From NCBI GenBank assembly GCA_035639575.1, contig DASQXT010000457.1:1-44574 (forward strand): a stretch of DNA of 44,574 nucleotides, in the 5' to 3' direction. Both the position numbers and the translations under genes were made by a program. Source of the stretch: Geodermatophilus sp. GTDB taxonomy: Bacteria > Actinomycetota > Actinomycetes > Mycobacteriales > Geodermatophilaceae. Below are positions 31,078 through 40,201 of the stretch, piece by piece. Under the pieces are notes generated by a model. That model made no database searches, was not told the DNA's origin, and saw nothing but the letters and a program-made list of their open reading frames with translations. The number at the start of each line of letters is the position of its first letter. The first letter of the stretch is position 1.

Positions 31078-31844
31078 GCGGCCTCCTTGGCCAGCTCACT
31101 GGGCGGGATGAGGGAGGTCAGCTTGAGCCGGACGGCGCGCGGGCTGGTGCCGGCCTGGATCTCGGTGATGCCCTCGACCAGCAGCTCCATCTGCGCGGCC
31201 TGCAGCTCGCTGACCCGCAGGATCTTGGCGCCCATCGGCAGGAACCAGAAGTTGGCGGCCATGACGCCCCAGAGCGTGGCGACGAACGCCGCGGCGATCA
31301 TCGGGCCGAGGGACGACGGCTCGTTGAGATTGGCCATCACGTTCATCAGGCCGACGATGCAGCCGACGATGCCGATGGTCGGCGCGTAGCCGCCCATCGC
31401 GTTCATGAACTTGGCGGCGACCTTGTCCTCGGCCTTCTTGGCGGCGATCTCGCTCTCGAGGACGGCGCGCAGCTCCTCCGGGTCGGTGCCGTCGATGCCC
31501 ATCTGCAGGCCGCGCTTGAGGAACGGGTCCTCGATCGCCTTGACCTGCGCCTCGAGCGCGAGCAGGCCCTCCTTGCGGGCCTTCTCCGCCAGGCTGACCA
31601 GGGTCTGGATCTGGTCGGTGGCCGGCGGGACCTTGGCCGGCATCACGGCCATCTTGAACCAGCCGGGCAGCTTCTTGAGGTCGTTCATCGTCTGGCTGGC
31701 CATCGCCGCGCCGAAGGTGGCGACGATGACCAGCACGATGGCCGGCAGGGCCAGCAGCGACATCGGGTCGGAGCCCTCCAGGACCATGAAGACCAGGAGG
31801 GCGACCAGCGAGACGACGAACCCGATCAGGGTGGCGGGATCCAC
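31074..31844 (-). CDS. motA: Flagellar stator protein MotA
   Basis: ARKEGLLALE, GYAPTIGIVG and AFVATLWG motifs. Confidence 0.95.
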   Translation of the reverse strand: MDPATLIGFVVSLVALLVFMVLEGSDPMSLLALPAIVLVIVATFGAAMASQTMNDLKKLPGWFKMAVMPAKVPPATDQIQTLVSLAEKARKEGLLALEAQVKAIEDPFLKRGLQMGIDGTDPEELRAVLESEIAAKKAEDKVAAKFMNAMGGYAPTIGIVGCIVGLMNVMANLNEPSSLGPMIAAAFVATLWGVMAANFWFLPMGAKILRVSELQAAQMELLVEGITEIQAGTSPRAVRLKLTSLIPPSELAKEAA

Positions 31845-31848
31845 GGGC

Positions 31849-32133
31849 TCAGCGCTCCTCGCGGGCCGGGAAGGGGACGACGGCGGCGCTCGCCTCGGCC
31901 TGCTCCGGACGGGACGGCGAGCGGTAGGTGCCGCGGTCCATCTCGTAGGCGGTGGCCAGGATGCTGGCGCGGTACTCGCGGATCTCCACGAGGACCTCCT
32001 CCACGCTCTCCGAGACGACGTACTTGGTGCCGTCGACCAGGAACACGACGGTGTCGGGGTGGCCCTCGACCCGTTCGACGAGGTCGGGGTTGAGCGCGAA
32101 CCGCTCTCCGTTCAGGCGCGTCACACGGATCAC
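31849..32133 (-). CDS. flbD: Flagellar FlbD family protein
   Basis: IRVTRLNGERFALNPDLVERVEGHPDT motif. GAGGA SD before GTG 32133. Confidence 0.9.
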   Translation of the reverse strand: MIRVTRLNGERFALNPDLVERVEGHPDTVVFLVDGTKYVVSESVEEVLVEIREYRASILATAYEMDRGTYRSPSRPEQAEASAAVVPFPAREER

Positions 32134-32203
32134 GGCAGGTCCTCTTGCTCGATCGGGGAGGGGATGTCGGCGACCGCTCGGGCGGGCTGCCGGTCTGCAG
32201 TTG

Positions 32204-32231
32204 TCTTCGGCCCGGCGCGGGCGCGCCTTGA
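32204..32231 (-). promoter_or_regulatory. Sigma-28-type promoter for flbD-motAB-fliL
   Basis: TCAA-N16-GCCGAAGA. Confidence 0.7.
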
Positions 32232-32301
32232 GCCGAACAGGGCGCCTCACCCGCGCGGGTGAGCCATGTGACCTGCGAGGACGCCGGGGCTCCGGACGCC
32301 G

Positions 32302-32336
32302 ACGGCCCGGCCCCCGCGAACGAGAGGCCGGGCCGT
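32302..32336 (-). terminator. GC-rich hairpin downstream of flgE, possible terminator
   Basis: ACGGCCCGGCC / GGCCGGGCCGT arms, with no clear U-tract. Confidence 0.45.
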
Positions 32337-32354
32337 ACGGCGCCCGTGGAGGGC

Positions 32355-32410
32355 GGCCCTCCTGCAGGGACCCGCCGCGAGCCTGCGAGCGGTGGGGGGC
32401 AGGAGGGTCC
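32355..32410 (+). repeat. REP-like palindrome, copy B (after the flgE stop)
   Basis: GGCCCTCCTGC-AGGGA-CCCGCCGC-GAGCCTGCGA-GCGGTGGG-GG-GCAGGAGGGTCC. Confidence 0.88.
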
Positions 32411-32411
32411 T

Positions 32412-33638
32412 TTACCGCTTCAGGTTCACCAGGTCCTGCAGCACCTCGTCGGAGCTGGTGATGACGCGGCTGTTCGCCTGGAACCCGCGCTGGGCGACGA
32501 TGAGCCCGGTGAACTCCTCGGCCAGGTCGACGTTGGACATCTCCAGCGCGCCGGCGATGAGGGAGCCGCGGCCGCCACCGGAGGGCTCGCCGATGGCCGG
32601 CTGCCCGGAGTTGTCACCGACCCGGAAGGAGCTGTTGCCGGCCTTCGCCAGGCCGGCGGGGTTGGCGAAGGTGGCCAGGGCCAGCTTGCCGATCGGCTCG
32701 CGCAGGTTGTTCGAGTAGACGCCCATGACCGTGCCGTCGCCGCTGAGCGAGATCGACTGCAGGCTGCCCATCGCGTTGCCGTCCACGCGCGCCGGCGTCA
32801 GGCCGGACGGGCCGCCGAACTGGCGCAGGTCGGCCAGGTCGATGGTGATCTGGCCGGGCCAGCTGCCGGCCATGGAGGCGTTCGGCGTGATCTGGAAGGT
32901 CCGCGAGGCGGGCGGCAGGGTGCCCGCGACCGGGTCGAACGCCAGCGGGCCGGCGGTGCTGGCGAGGACGTTCTCCTTCTCGTCCCGGGCGACGACGTTC
33001 CAGGTGTTGTCGGCGGTCTTGGTGAACGACAGGCTGATCTGGTGCGCCGTCCCCAGGGCGTCGTACATGGTCATCTGGGTCTGCACGCCGGTGCCGGTGG
33101 CCGTCGTGCTGGACAGGTTGCCCACGACGGCGCCGTTGTCGGTCTCGGTGGGCTGCATGACGTCGCCGAACGGGACGGTCAGCTGCCGGATCGGGCCGTT
33201 GGTGTCGACGACGCCGTCGGTCGCCATCCAGCCCTGCAGCTGGGCGCCGTCCGGGGTGACGAGGTTGCCGGAGGCGTCGTAGCTGAACGAGCCGGCGCGG
33301 GTGTAGAGCTGCTCGTTGCCGGCCTGGGTGATGAAGAAGCCGTCGCCGCTGATCATGAAGTCGGTCGAGCGGCCGGTGTTCTGGGCCGAGCCCTGCTCGA
33401 AGTTCGTGGTGATGCCGGCGACCTTCACGCCGAGGCCGACCTGGGCCGGGTTGGTGCCACCGGCCTGCGCCGTCGGCGCCGAGCCGTTGCGCATGACCTG
33501 GGACAGCGTGTCCTCGAAGACCGTCGTGCTGCTCTTGTAGCCGACGGTGTTGACGTTGGCGATGTTGTTGCCGGTGACGTCGAGCTTGGTCTGGTGGGCG
33601 CGCAGACCGGCGATCGCGGAGTTCATGGAACGCAGCAC
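32412..33638 (-). CDS. flgE: Flagellar hook protein FlgE
   Basis: NNIANVNTVGYK, LYTRAG and LEMSNVDLAEEFTGLIVAQRGFQAN motifs. Confidence 0.95.
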   Translation of the reverse strand: MLRSMNSAIAGLRAHQTKLDVTGNNIANVNTVGYKSSTTVFEDTLSQVMRNGSAPTAQAGGTNPAQVGLGVKVAGITTNFEQGSAQNTGRSTDFMISGDGFFITQAGNEQLYTRAGSFSYDASGNLVTPDGAQLQGWMATDGVVDTNGPIRQLTVPFGDVMQPTETDNGAVVGNLSSTTATGTGVQTQMTMYDALGTAHQISLSFTKTADNTWNVVARDEKENVLASTAGPLAFDPVAGTLPPASRTFQITPNASMAGSWPGQITIDLADLRQFGGPSGLTPARVDGNAMGSLQSISLSGDGTVMGVYSNNLREPIGKLALATFANPAGLAKAGNSSFRVGDNSGQPAIGEPSGGGRGSLIAGALEMSNVDLAEEFTGLIVAQRGFQANSRVITSSDEVLQDLVNLKR

Positions 33639-33670
33639 GGGGTGCTCCTCTCAACAGGGTGATCAGGGGT

Positions 33671-33726
33671 GGCCCCCTTGCAGGGCCCCGCCGTGAGCGT
33701 GCGAACGGTGGGGGGCAAGGGGGTCC
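33671..33726 (+). repeat. REP-like palindrome, copy C (after the flgD stop)
   Basis: GGCCCCCTTGC-AGGGC-CCCGCCGT-GAGCGTGCGA-ACGGTGGG-GG-GCAAGGGGGTCC. Confidence 0.88.
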
Positions 33727-33730
33727 GTAC

Positions 33731-34153
33731 TCAGCTCGTGGCGGGCAGCGAGACCTCGGTGAGCCGGCCGAGCGGGACGTCGACGCCGTCGACGACCGCA
33801 CTGGGCTCGTCGCCGGTGATCTTCACCGAGCCGACGGTGCCGGTCTTGGTGCTGCCGTCCTCGCCGGTGTAGCTCACCGTGTGGCCGACGAGGGCGCCGG
33901 CGGACAGCGAGCGCTGCATCGCCACCAGGGAGGCGTTCTGCGCGGCGATCTCCTCGAGCTTCTCCACCTGGGTGAACGTCGCGGTCTGCGACATGAACTC
34001 GGTGGTGCTCGCCGGGCTGTTCGGGTCCTGGTAGCGCATCTGGGCGACCAGCAGCTGCAGGAACACGTCCTTGCCCATCTGGTCGGTGCGGGTCACCGTG
34101 CTGGTGGCGGGTGTGCTCGCGGCGCCGCCCACCCCGGACAGGGGACTGGTCAT
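33731..34153 (-). CDS. flgD: Flagellar hook capping protein FlgD
   Basis: MGKDVFLQLLVAQMRYQDP...EFMSQTATF motif. Confidence 0.93.
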   Translation of the reverse strand: MTSPLSGVGGAASTPATSTVTRTDQMGKDVFLQLLVAQMRYQDPNSPASTTEFMSQTATFTQVEKLEEIAAQNASLVAMQRSLSAGALVGHTVSYTGEDGSTKTGTVGSVKITGDEPSAVVDGVDVPLGRLTEVSLPATS

Positions 34154-34169
34154 CGGTCGGTCGCTCCTC

Positions 34170-35510
34170 TCAGACCCGGACGTCCAGGCCGGACGACGGG
34201 ATGGCGGTGGTCCCGGGGGCGGGGCGGCCCGGGTCGGCCTCGGTGCCGCGCAGCCACGACCGGCCGCGGCCGTCGGGCTGCCCCTGCCGGCCGGCCCGGT
34301 CACCGGCGGCGTGCTGCTGGGCCGAGGCCCACGACGCGCCGGCGTCCCGGTCGACCGAGGCGTTGGTGCAGGTCAGCCCGGCGCTGGCCAGGTCGCGGCG
34401 CAGGTCGGGCAGGGCGTCGAGCAGCGCGGCGCGGCCGGCCTCGGTGGCGCTCTTGAGCGCGAGGTCGACCGAGCCCTGGTTCAGGGTCACCTGGACCTCG
34501 ACCGGCCCGAGGGTCTCGGGGGTCAGCACCAGGGTCATGGTGTGCGTGCCGTCCGGAGCGGAGCGCAGGACGGCGACGTGCTGCGCGACCTGACCGGCGA
34601 CCGGCGGTGCCGCCGGGGCGGCCGGCTCCGCGGCCGCGACCGGGGTCGCCGCCGGGACGGCGGGAGCGGGCACCGCGGCGGTCGGCGCGGCGGTGGGGGC
34701 CGAGGCGGGCGCCGGGGCGTCCTGGTCGGGGGTCGCGCCGGCGTCGGCGTCGGCGTCGGCGCCAGCGCCCTCGGCCGGAGCCGGGGTGGCGGCCGGCTGG
34801 GGGAGCGGGACGACGGTCTCGGGGGCCACGAGCTCCGGCGCCGTCGGCGCCGTCGGCGCCGTGGGCGCGTCCGCGGCGGCCAGCACGACGGGGACCCCCG
34901 GGAGCGGGTCGGCCGGAGCGGTCGCCGGGGTCGGCCCGGGAGCGACGGGCAGGACGGCGACGGCCGTCGGCGCGTCCGGGACGGGGACCGCACTCGCCGG
35001 GAGGTCGGTCGGGACGGGCGCGGGGACGTCGGTGTGCGGTACCGCCGCCGGGACGCCGTCCGGGACGCTGCCAGCGACGAGGGGTGGCGGGACCGCGGTG
35101 CCGGCCGCGACGGCGTCGGCCACCGGGACGACCGCGGAGCCGGCGACCGCCTGCTCGGCGGCGTTCGCCAGTCCGGCGGCGGCCGGGCCGATGCCGGTGA
35201 GGAGCGCCCACAGCGCCGGCGGCATGCCCGCGGGCGAGACGGCGGGCTCGGCGGTGGGCTGCTCGGGGGCGGGCTGCCCACCGTCCGGGGCCTCGGGGGC
35301 CGGCTGGGCGGCGCCGTCGGTCTCCGTGGCGCGCTCGCGGCCGCGCGGACCGTCCTGCCCGCGCGACACCGCGTCGTCCCGGGCGTCGTCCAGGGCGCTG
35401 GCGAAGCGCTCGGCCCTGCCGGGGCCGTCGGTCGCGGCCGAGGAGTGGGTGGGGGAGGACGGAGCGGCCGGCGCGGGCGCCGGTGCGGTCATCACCAGGG
35501 GCGTCGTCAT
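34170..35510 (-). CDS. fliK: Flagellar hook-length control protein FliK
   Basis: Pro/Ala-rich low-complexity N-terminus and a C-terminal domain LVLTPETLGPVEV...LPDLRRDLASAG. Confidence 0.88.
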   Translation of the reverse strand: MTTPLVMTAPAPAPAAPSSPTHSSAATDGPGRAERFASALDDARDDAVSRGQDGPRGRERATETDGAAQPAPEAPDGGQPAPEQPTAEPAVSPAGMPPALWALLTGIGPAAAGLANAAEQAVAGSAVVPVADAVAAGTAVPPPLVAGSVPDGVPAAVPHTDVPAPVPTDLPASAVPVPDAPTAVAVLPVAPGPTPATAPADPLPGVPVVLAAADAPTAPTAPTAPELVAPETVVPLPQPAATPAPAEGAGADADADAGATPDQDAPAPASAPTAAPTAAVPAPAVPAATPVAAAEPAAPAAPPVAGQVAQHVAVLRSAPDGTHTMTLVLTPETLGPVEVQVTLNQGSVDLALKSATEAGRAALLDALPDLRRDLASAGLTCTNASVDRDAGASWASAQQHAAGDRAGRQGQPDGRGRSWLRGTEADPGRPAPGTTAIPSSGLDVRV

Positions 35511-36472
35511 CGGAGGGTCTCTGCCTTGCTCATCACGCTGCGCACGTAGTCCTGGGTCTCGGAGTAGGGCGGGATGCCGCCGTAGCGGCGGACGGTGCCG
35601 GGCCCGGCGTTGTAGGCGGCCAGGCCCAGCTCGGTCGAGCCGAACTGCCGGGTCAGGTCGGCGAGGTAGCGGGCCGCTCCATCGACGGCCGAGGCCGGGT
35701 CGAACGGGTCGACGCCGAGACCCCGGGCGGTCGCGGGCATGAACTGCATGAGGCCCTGCGCGCCGGCGGGGGAGACCGCCGAGGCGTCGAAGCCGGACTC
35801 CTGCTGCGCCACCGCGGCGAGCAGCGCCGGGTCGACGCCGTGCCGGCTGCCGGCCCGGGTGAACAGGTCGGCGTACGGCACGCCGGACAGCGACGCGCCG
35901 CCCACCGTCCCGGGCACCGCGGACGCCGACCCGGCCGGCAGCACGCGGCGGATGACCGAGGGGGTGCCGACGTCCTGGACCTTGACGACCTCGCCCTCCT
36001 GCGGGGCGGCGATCATCTTGCCGTCGCCGACGTAGATGCCGACGTGGTCGATCCCGGGGCGGCCCGGGGAGTGGTCGAAGAACACCAGGTCGCCGGGGCG
36101 GGCGTCGGCCAGCGAGGCGACCGCGGTGCCGGCGGTGGCCTGCTGCGAGGCGGTGCGCGGCAGGTCGACGCCGAGGTTGCCGTAGACGAGCTTGGTGAAG
36201 CCGGAGCAGTCCAGGCCCTTGGCCGGGTCGGTGCCGCCCCACAGGTAGGGGACGCCGAGGTACTTGCGAGCCTCGGCGACGGCCCTGTCCTCGAGGGCAC
36301 TGCCCGACGAGGCGCCGCCGGTGGCGGTCGCCGCGGCGGTCGCGCCGGTGCCGGTGAGCCCGGCGGCGGCGGCGGCCGCGGTCCAGTCGGCGGAGGCCGC
36401 CGGGCGGGGCGCGACGAGGAAGCGGGCCTGGATCTCGCTGATCCGGGACTGCACCGCGGTCAGTCCGTCCAC
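35507..36472 (-). CDS. NlpC/P60 peptidase fused to an SLT lytic transglycosylase (flagellar peptidoglycan hydrolase)
   Basis: LGVPYLWGG..GLDCSG..HVGIY (NlpC/P60) and QQESGF..GAQGLMQFMP..AAYNAG..ETQDYV (SLT). Confidence 0.9.
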   Translation of the reverse strand: MDGLTAVQSRISEIQARFLVAPRPAASADWTAAAAAAGLTGTGATAAATATGGASSGSALEDRAVAEARKYLGVPYLWGGTDPAKGLDCSGFTKLVYGNLGVDLPRTASQQATAGTAVASLADARPGDLVFFDHSPGRPGIDHVGIYVGDGKMIAAPQEGEVVKVQDVGTPSVIRRVLPAGSASAVPGTVGGASLSGVPYADLFTRAGSRHGVDPALLAAVAQQESGFDASAVSPAGAQGLMQFMPATARGLGVDPFDPASAVDGAARYLADLTRQFGSTELGLAAYNAGPGTVRRYGGIPPYSETQDYVRSVMSKAETLR

Positions 36473-36915
36473 GCCGCCTCCCCGTCGGTGCGGGTGCGGC
36501 GGCCGGAGCGGCCGGTGACGAGGTCGTCCACGGTCCTCTCCTCGGCAGCCTGCTCGGCCAGTCGCACCGCCTGCAGGTGTCGTTCTCGCAGTCGTTCGAG
36601 GCCCTTGGTGCGCTGCGCGGCCGACGTCCAGGCCGCGCGGACCAGCTCGGCCTGCTCGGCGGACGCGGTCGCGAGCGCCCGGGCCGCGGCGGCGTCCTCG
36701 GCGGCCAGCCGGCCGAGCACCATGGCGGCGGCGAAGGCCCCGGGGGAGACCGGGCCCGTGGGGAGCACCGCGGCGACCGCGGCCTCGGCCTCGGTGGCGC
36801 GGCGGTCGGCGTCGGCGGCGGCACGCGCGGCCTCGGCCGCGGCCAGCGCGGCCGTGCGCTCCTGGGTGCGGCGCAGCTCCAGGACCGGCTGCAGCCGGAA
36901 GGCGGCCCGCTTCAC
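36460..36915 (-). CDS. fliJ: Flagellar export protein FliJ
   Basis: FRLQPVLELR N-terminus, coiled coil, E...DD C-terminus. Follows fliI. Confidence 0.85.
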   Translation of the reverse strand: MKRAAFRLQPVLELRRTQERTAALAAAEAARAAADADRRATEAEAAVAAVLPTGPVSPGAFAAAMVLGRLAAEDAAAARALATASAEQAELVRAAWTSAAQRTKGLERLRERHLQAVRLAEQAAEERTVDDLVTGRSGRRTRTDGEAAWTD

Positions 36916-38216
36916 GAGCGGACGATGCGGTTCAGCCAGGCCCAGGAGTCACCGGCGGGCGTGAGCTCGCCGGTGGGCTGCTGCAGGAACGCCTCGATGG
37001 CCGGCGCCAGCTGCCGGGCGCGGTCGACCAGCGGGTCGGTGCCGGCCTGGTAGGCGCCGATCTCGATGAGCTCCTTGACGTCGCGCAGCGCGCCCATGAG
37101 CCGGCGCACCTCGCGCGCGTCGGCCATCTGCGCCGGCGGGACGACGGCGGTGGCCACGCGGGAGATCGACTCGAGCACGTCGATCGCCGGGAAGTGGCCG
37201 GCGGTCGCGAGCTTGCGGGTGAGCACCACGTGGCCGTCGAGGATGGAGCGGGCGGTGTCGGCGATCGGCTCGTTGTGGTCGTCGCCGTCCACCAGCACGG
37301 TGTAGAGGCCGGTGATCGAGCCGACCGACGCCGTCCCGGCCTTCTCCAGCAGCTTGGGCATCATCGCGAAGACGCTCGGCGGGTAGCCGCGGGTCGCCGG
37401 GGGCTCGCCCGCCGACAGGCCGACCTCGCGCTGGGCCATCGCGGTGCGGGTGATCGAGTCCATCATCAGCAGCACGTCGCGGCCCTGGTCGCGGAAGCCC
37501 TCGGCGATGCGGGTGGCGACGAACGCCGCCTTCAGCCGCACCAGCGGCGGCTCGTCGGAGGTCGCGACGACGACGACGGTGCGCGCCATGCCGTCGGCGC
37601 CGAGGTTCTCCTCGAGGAACTCGCGCACCTCGCGACCACGCTCGCCGATCAGGCCGATGACCCGGACGTCGGCGTCGGTGCCGCGGGTGATCTGGGCCAG
37701 CAGCGTCGACTTGCCCACGCCGGAGCCGGCGAAGATGCCCAGCCGCTGGCCCTTGCCCAGGGGCACCATCGTGTCCAGCACCCGGACGCCGGAGGTCAGC
37801 GGCTCCTCGACGCGGGTGCGCGCCAGCGCGTGCGGGGTCTCGCTGGCCAGGTCGACCCACTCCAGGGACCGGTCCAGCGGCGGGCCGCCGTCGACCGGCC
37901 GGCCGAGGCCGTCGAGCACCCGGCCCAGCAGCGCCTCGCCGACCGGCACCTGCAGCGGCATGCCCGTGGCGCGGACCCGCGCGCCGGCGTGCACGCCGGA
38001 GAGCTCACCGAGCGGCATGCAGGTCAGCCGCTCCCGGGAGACGGCGACCACCTCGGCGAGCAGGCCGCCGCGCGGCGACGGGTTGATCTCCACCAGGTCG
38101 CCGACGGCGGCGACGACGCCCTCGACGGAGAGGGTCAGGCCCATCGCGCCGACGACCGAGCCGGTCACCTGCGGGCGGGCCGCCGCACGGGCGCGGTCGA
38201 GCAGGCCGAGGGTCAC
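36912..38216 (-). CDS. fliI: Flagellar export ATPase FliI
   Basis: AGSGVGKS, LIGERGREV, DSITR and GEPPATRGYPPS motifs. Confidence 0.96.
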   Translation of the reverse strand: MTLGLLDRARAAARPQVTGSVVGAMGLTLSVEGVVAAVGDLVEINPSPRGGLLAEVVAVSRERLTCMPLGELSGVHAGARVRATGMPLQVPVGEALLGRVLDGLGRPVDGGPPLDRSLEWVDLASETPHALARTRVEEPLTSGVRVLDTMVPLGKGQRLGIFAGSGVGKSTLLAQITRGTDADVRVIGLIGERGREVREFLEENLGADGMARTVVVVATSDEPPLVRLKAAFVATRIAEGFRDQGRDVLLMMDSITRTAMAQREVGLSAGEPPATRGYPPSVFAMMPKLLEKAGTASVGSITGLYTVLVDGDDHNEPIADTARSILDGHVVLTRKLATAGHFPAIDVLESISRVATAVVPPAQMADAREVRRLMGALRDVKELIEIGAYQAGTDPLVDRARQLAPAIEAFLQQPTGELTPAGDSWAWLNRIVRS

Positions 38217-38293
38217 GCGTCCTCCTCGCTGGCGCTCGTCGGCCGCACGACCCAGGGTGCTGTGCCTCCGCGTGAGCTCGCGAGCTCGCTCAC
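38213..38293 (-). repeat. MIRU-like intercistronic module 3 (fliH/fliI); mini-ORF MSELASSRGGTAPWVVRPTSASEEDA
   Basis: 81 nt. GTGA overlaps at both the fliH stop and the fliI start. Confidence 0.9.
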
Positions 38294-39132
38294 GGTGCCA
38301 GCACCGCCCGCACCCGCTCCAGCGCGGCGCCCAGCTGGGCGTCGACGCGGGTGGGACCGGTCTCGGCGACGGCGCCCGCCCGCTCGACGGAGAGGTCGCC
38401 GACCACCCGCACCGTGTCCGGCAGCTCGGCCAGGGCCTCGGCGGGCAGCTCGGCGAGGTCGTCGGGGTGCAGCCGGACGACGGTGGGCGCGTCGGCCGGG
38501 CACAGCGTCAGCGCCCGGCGGACGGCGTCCACCACGGGGGAGTCGGCCAGCGCGAGCTCGCGGCACAGCACGTCCTCGACGAGAGTCAGCACGATGGTGA
38601 TCACCGAGTCGCGCACGTCCTCGGCGACCGGCAGCGCAGCCTGCTCGAGCTGGGTGACCGCCGCGCCGAGCGCTGCGGTGGCCGAGACCATCCGCCGCTC
38701 CCAGCGGGCCTGGACCTCGGCCAGCCGAGCCTCGGCGGCCCGCTCGGCCTCGGCCACCACGGTCGCCGCGGCCGTGCAGCCCTCGGCGTGGCCGGCGGCG
38801 TACCCCTCCTGGCGGGCGTGCTCGCGCAGCCGGGCCAGCTCCTCGGCGTAGACGTCGCCGAGCCGGAACGACGTCCGGTTGGGCACCGGCGCGTCGGCCG
38901 CCCGGCGCACCGTCGTCCGCCGCTCGCCGGTCGGCTGCGGCGGGACCGGCACCGCGCGGGTGTACGGCGCACGCGGCGCGGCCTGCGCGGCGGTGCCGCC
39001 GCGCAGCAGCGCCGACTCCCGCGTGGACCGCTCAGGCGATGTCCGACGGCCTGACTGCGCGCCCCGGTCCGCTCCTCGCTCGCTGGCGCTCGCTGCGATG
39101 CTCCCGCGGCTGACGTCAGGCGACGAACTCAT
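38290..39132 (-). CDS. fliH: Flagellar assembly protein FliH
   Basis: AxxxG(xxxG) repeat ARQEGYAAGHAEG and VRLHPDD motif. Position between fliG and fliI. Start taken as ATG 39132. Confidence 0.88.
   Translation of the reverse strand: MSSSPDVSRGSIAASASERGADRGAQSGRRTSPERSTRESALLRGGTAAQAAPRAPYTRAVPVPPQPTGERRTTVRRAADAPVPNRTSFRLGDVYAEELARLREHARQEGYAAGHAEGCTAAATVVAEAERAAEARLAEVQARWERRMVSATAALGAAVTQLEQAALPVAEDVRDSVITIVLTLVEDVLCRELALADSPVVDAVRRALTLCPADAPTVVRLHPDDLAELPAEALAELPDTVRVVGDLSVERAGAVAETGPTRVDAQLGAALERVRAVLAP
39032..39123 (-). repeat. Putative 84-nt in-frame insert in the fliH 5' region, related to the intercistronic modules
   Basis: TCGCCTGA direct repeats at 39116-39123 and 39032-39039, enclosing GCGAGCGCCAGCGAGCGAGGAG. 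Confidence 0.6.
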
Positions 39133-40201
39133 CGTCACCGCCGCGCGAGATGGTCAGCACGCCCTGCTCCTCGAGGGTGCGGATGACGCCGACGACCTTG
39201 GCCTGCGCCTCCTCGACCGTGCGGGTGCGGACCGGGCCGAGCAGCTCGATCTCCTCCGCGAGGTTCTCGGCGGCACGCTCGGAGAGGTTCCGGACCACCT
39301 TGTCGCGGACATCGGGGCGCACGCCCTTGAGCGCGGTGGCCAGGTCGTTGGCCTCCACCTCGCGCAGCACCAGCTGCAGGGAGCGGTCGTCGATCGTGAC
39401 GATGTCCTCGAAGACGAACATCTGCGCGCGGACCTGCTCGGCCAGCTCCGGGTCGGTGCTGTCGAGCCACTCGAGGATCGAGCGCTCGGTCGGCCGCGGC
39501 GAGCGGTTGATGATCTCGACGAGGGTCTCGACGCCGCCGACGGTGCTCATGTCCTGGTGGGCGAGCAGCGACCCCATCCGGCGGCCGAGCTCCTCCTCGA
39601 CCAGGCGCACCATCTCCGGGGAGGTGCGGTCCATGGTCGCGATGCGGTGTGCGACGGCGGCCTGCTGCTCCGGCGCGAACCCGGAGAGGACCTCGGCCGA
39701 CTGGGCGGCGGTCAGGTGGGCGAGCACCAGCGCGATGACCTGCGGGTGCTCGTCCTTGAGGAAGGTGACCAGCTGGCGGACGTCGGCGTTGCGCAGCGAG
39801 GCGAAGGGCACCTCGGTGTAGACGACGTTGAGCCGGGACAGGATGCCGTCGGCCTTGTCCTCGCCGAGGCCGGCCGCGAGGATCTCGCGTGCGAACTCGA
39901 CGCCGCCGCGCCCCACGAACCGCTGGGCGGTCATGAGGTCGTGGAACTCCTCCAGGACGCCGTCGACGTCGTCGGGCTCGACCGAGCCGAGCTTCATCAG
40001 CTCGCGGGTCACCATCTCGACCTCGCGCGGGCGCATCTTGGCCAGCAGCGCGCCGGCCTCCTCCTTGGACAGCTGCGCGATGAACACCGCGGCCTTGCGC
40101 AGGCCCGGCAGCTCCCTGCGCTCCCGCACCGCGGGGAGGACGGCGGTCTGCGCGGCCGCGGGGGCCATGCCGACCATCTGCTCGACGGACGCCAGGGTCA
40201 C
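39116..40201 (-). CDS. fliG: Flagellar motor switch protein FliG
   Basis: KAAVF, EHPQVIALVLAHL, MFVFED and ALKG motifs. Confidence 0.95.
   Translation of the reverse strand: MTLASVEQMVGMAPAAAQTAVLPAVRERRELPGLRKAAVFIAQLSKEEAGALLAKMRPREVEMVTRELMKLGSVEPDDVDGVLEEFHDLMTAQRFVGRGGVEFAREILAAGLGEDKADGILSRLNVVYTEVPFASLRNADVRQLVTFLKDEHPQVIALVLAHLTAAQSAEVLSGFAPEQQAAVAHRIATMDRTSPEMVRLVEEELGRRMGSLLAHQDMSTVGGVETLVEIINRSPRPTERSILEWLDSTDPELAEQVRAQMFVFEDIVTIDDRSLQLVLREVEANDLATALKGVRPDVRDKVVRNLSERAAENLAEEIELLGPVRTRTVEEAQAKVVGVIRTLEEQGVLTISRGGDDEFVA

Noticed and set aside
34600-35300. Short tandem repeats in fliK (APT, AD repeats), and similar ones in the flhF-like gene and fliP
   Set aside because: They are ordinary Pro/Ala-rich coding linkers, not independent repeat arrays.
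34170-36824. 884-aa ORF suggesting a giant FliK fusion
   Set aside because: The upstream part is an alternative frame over the NlpC-SLT and fliJ genes. The plausible start is ATG 35510, overlapping the NlpC-SLT stop.
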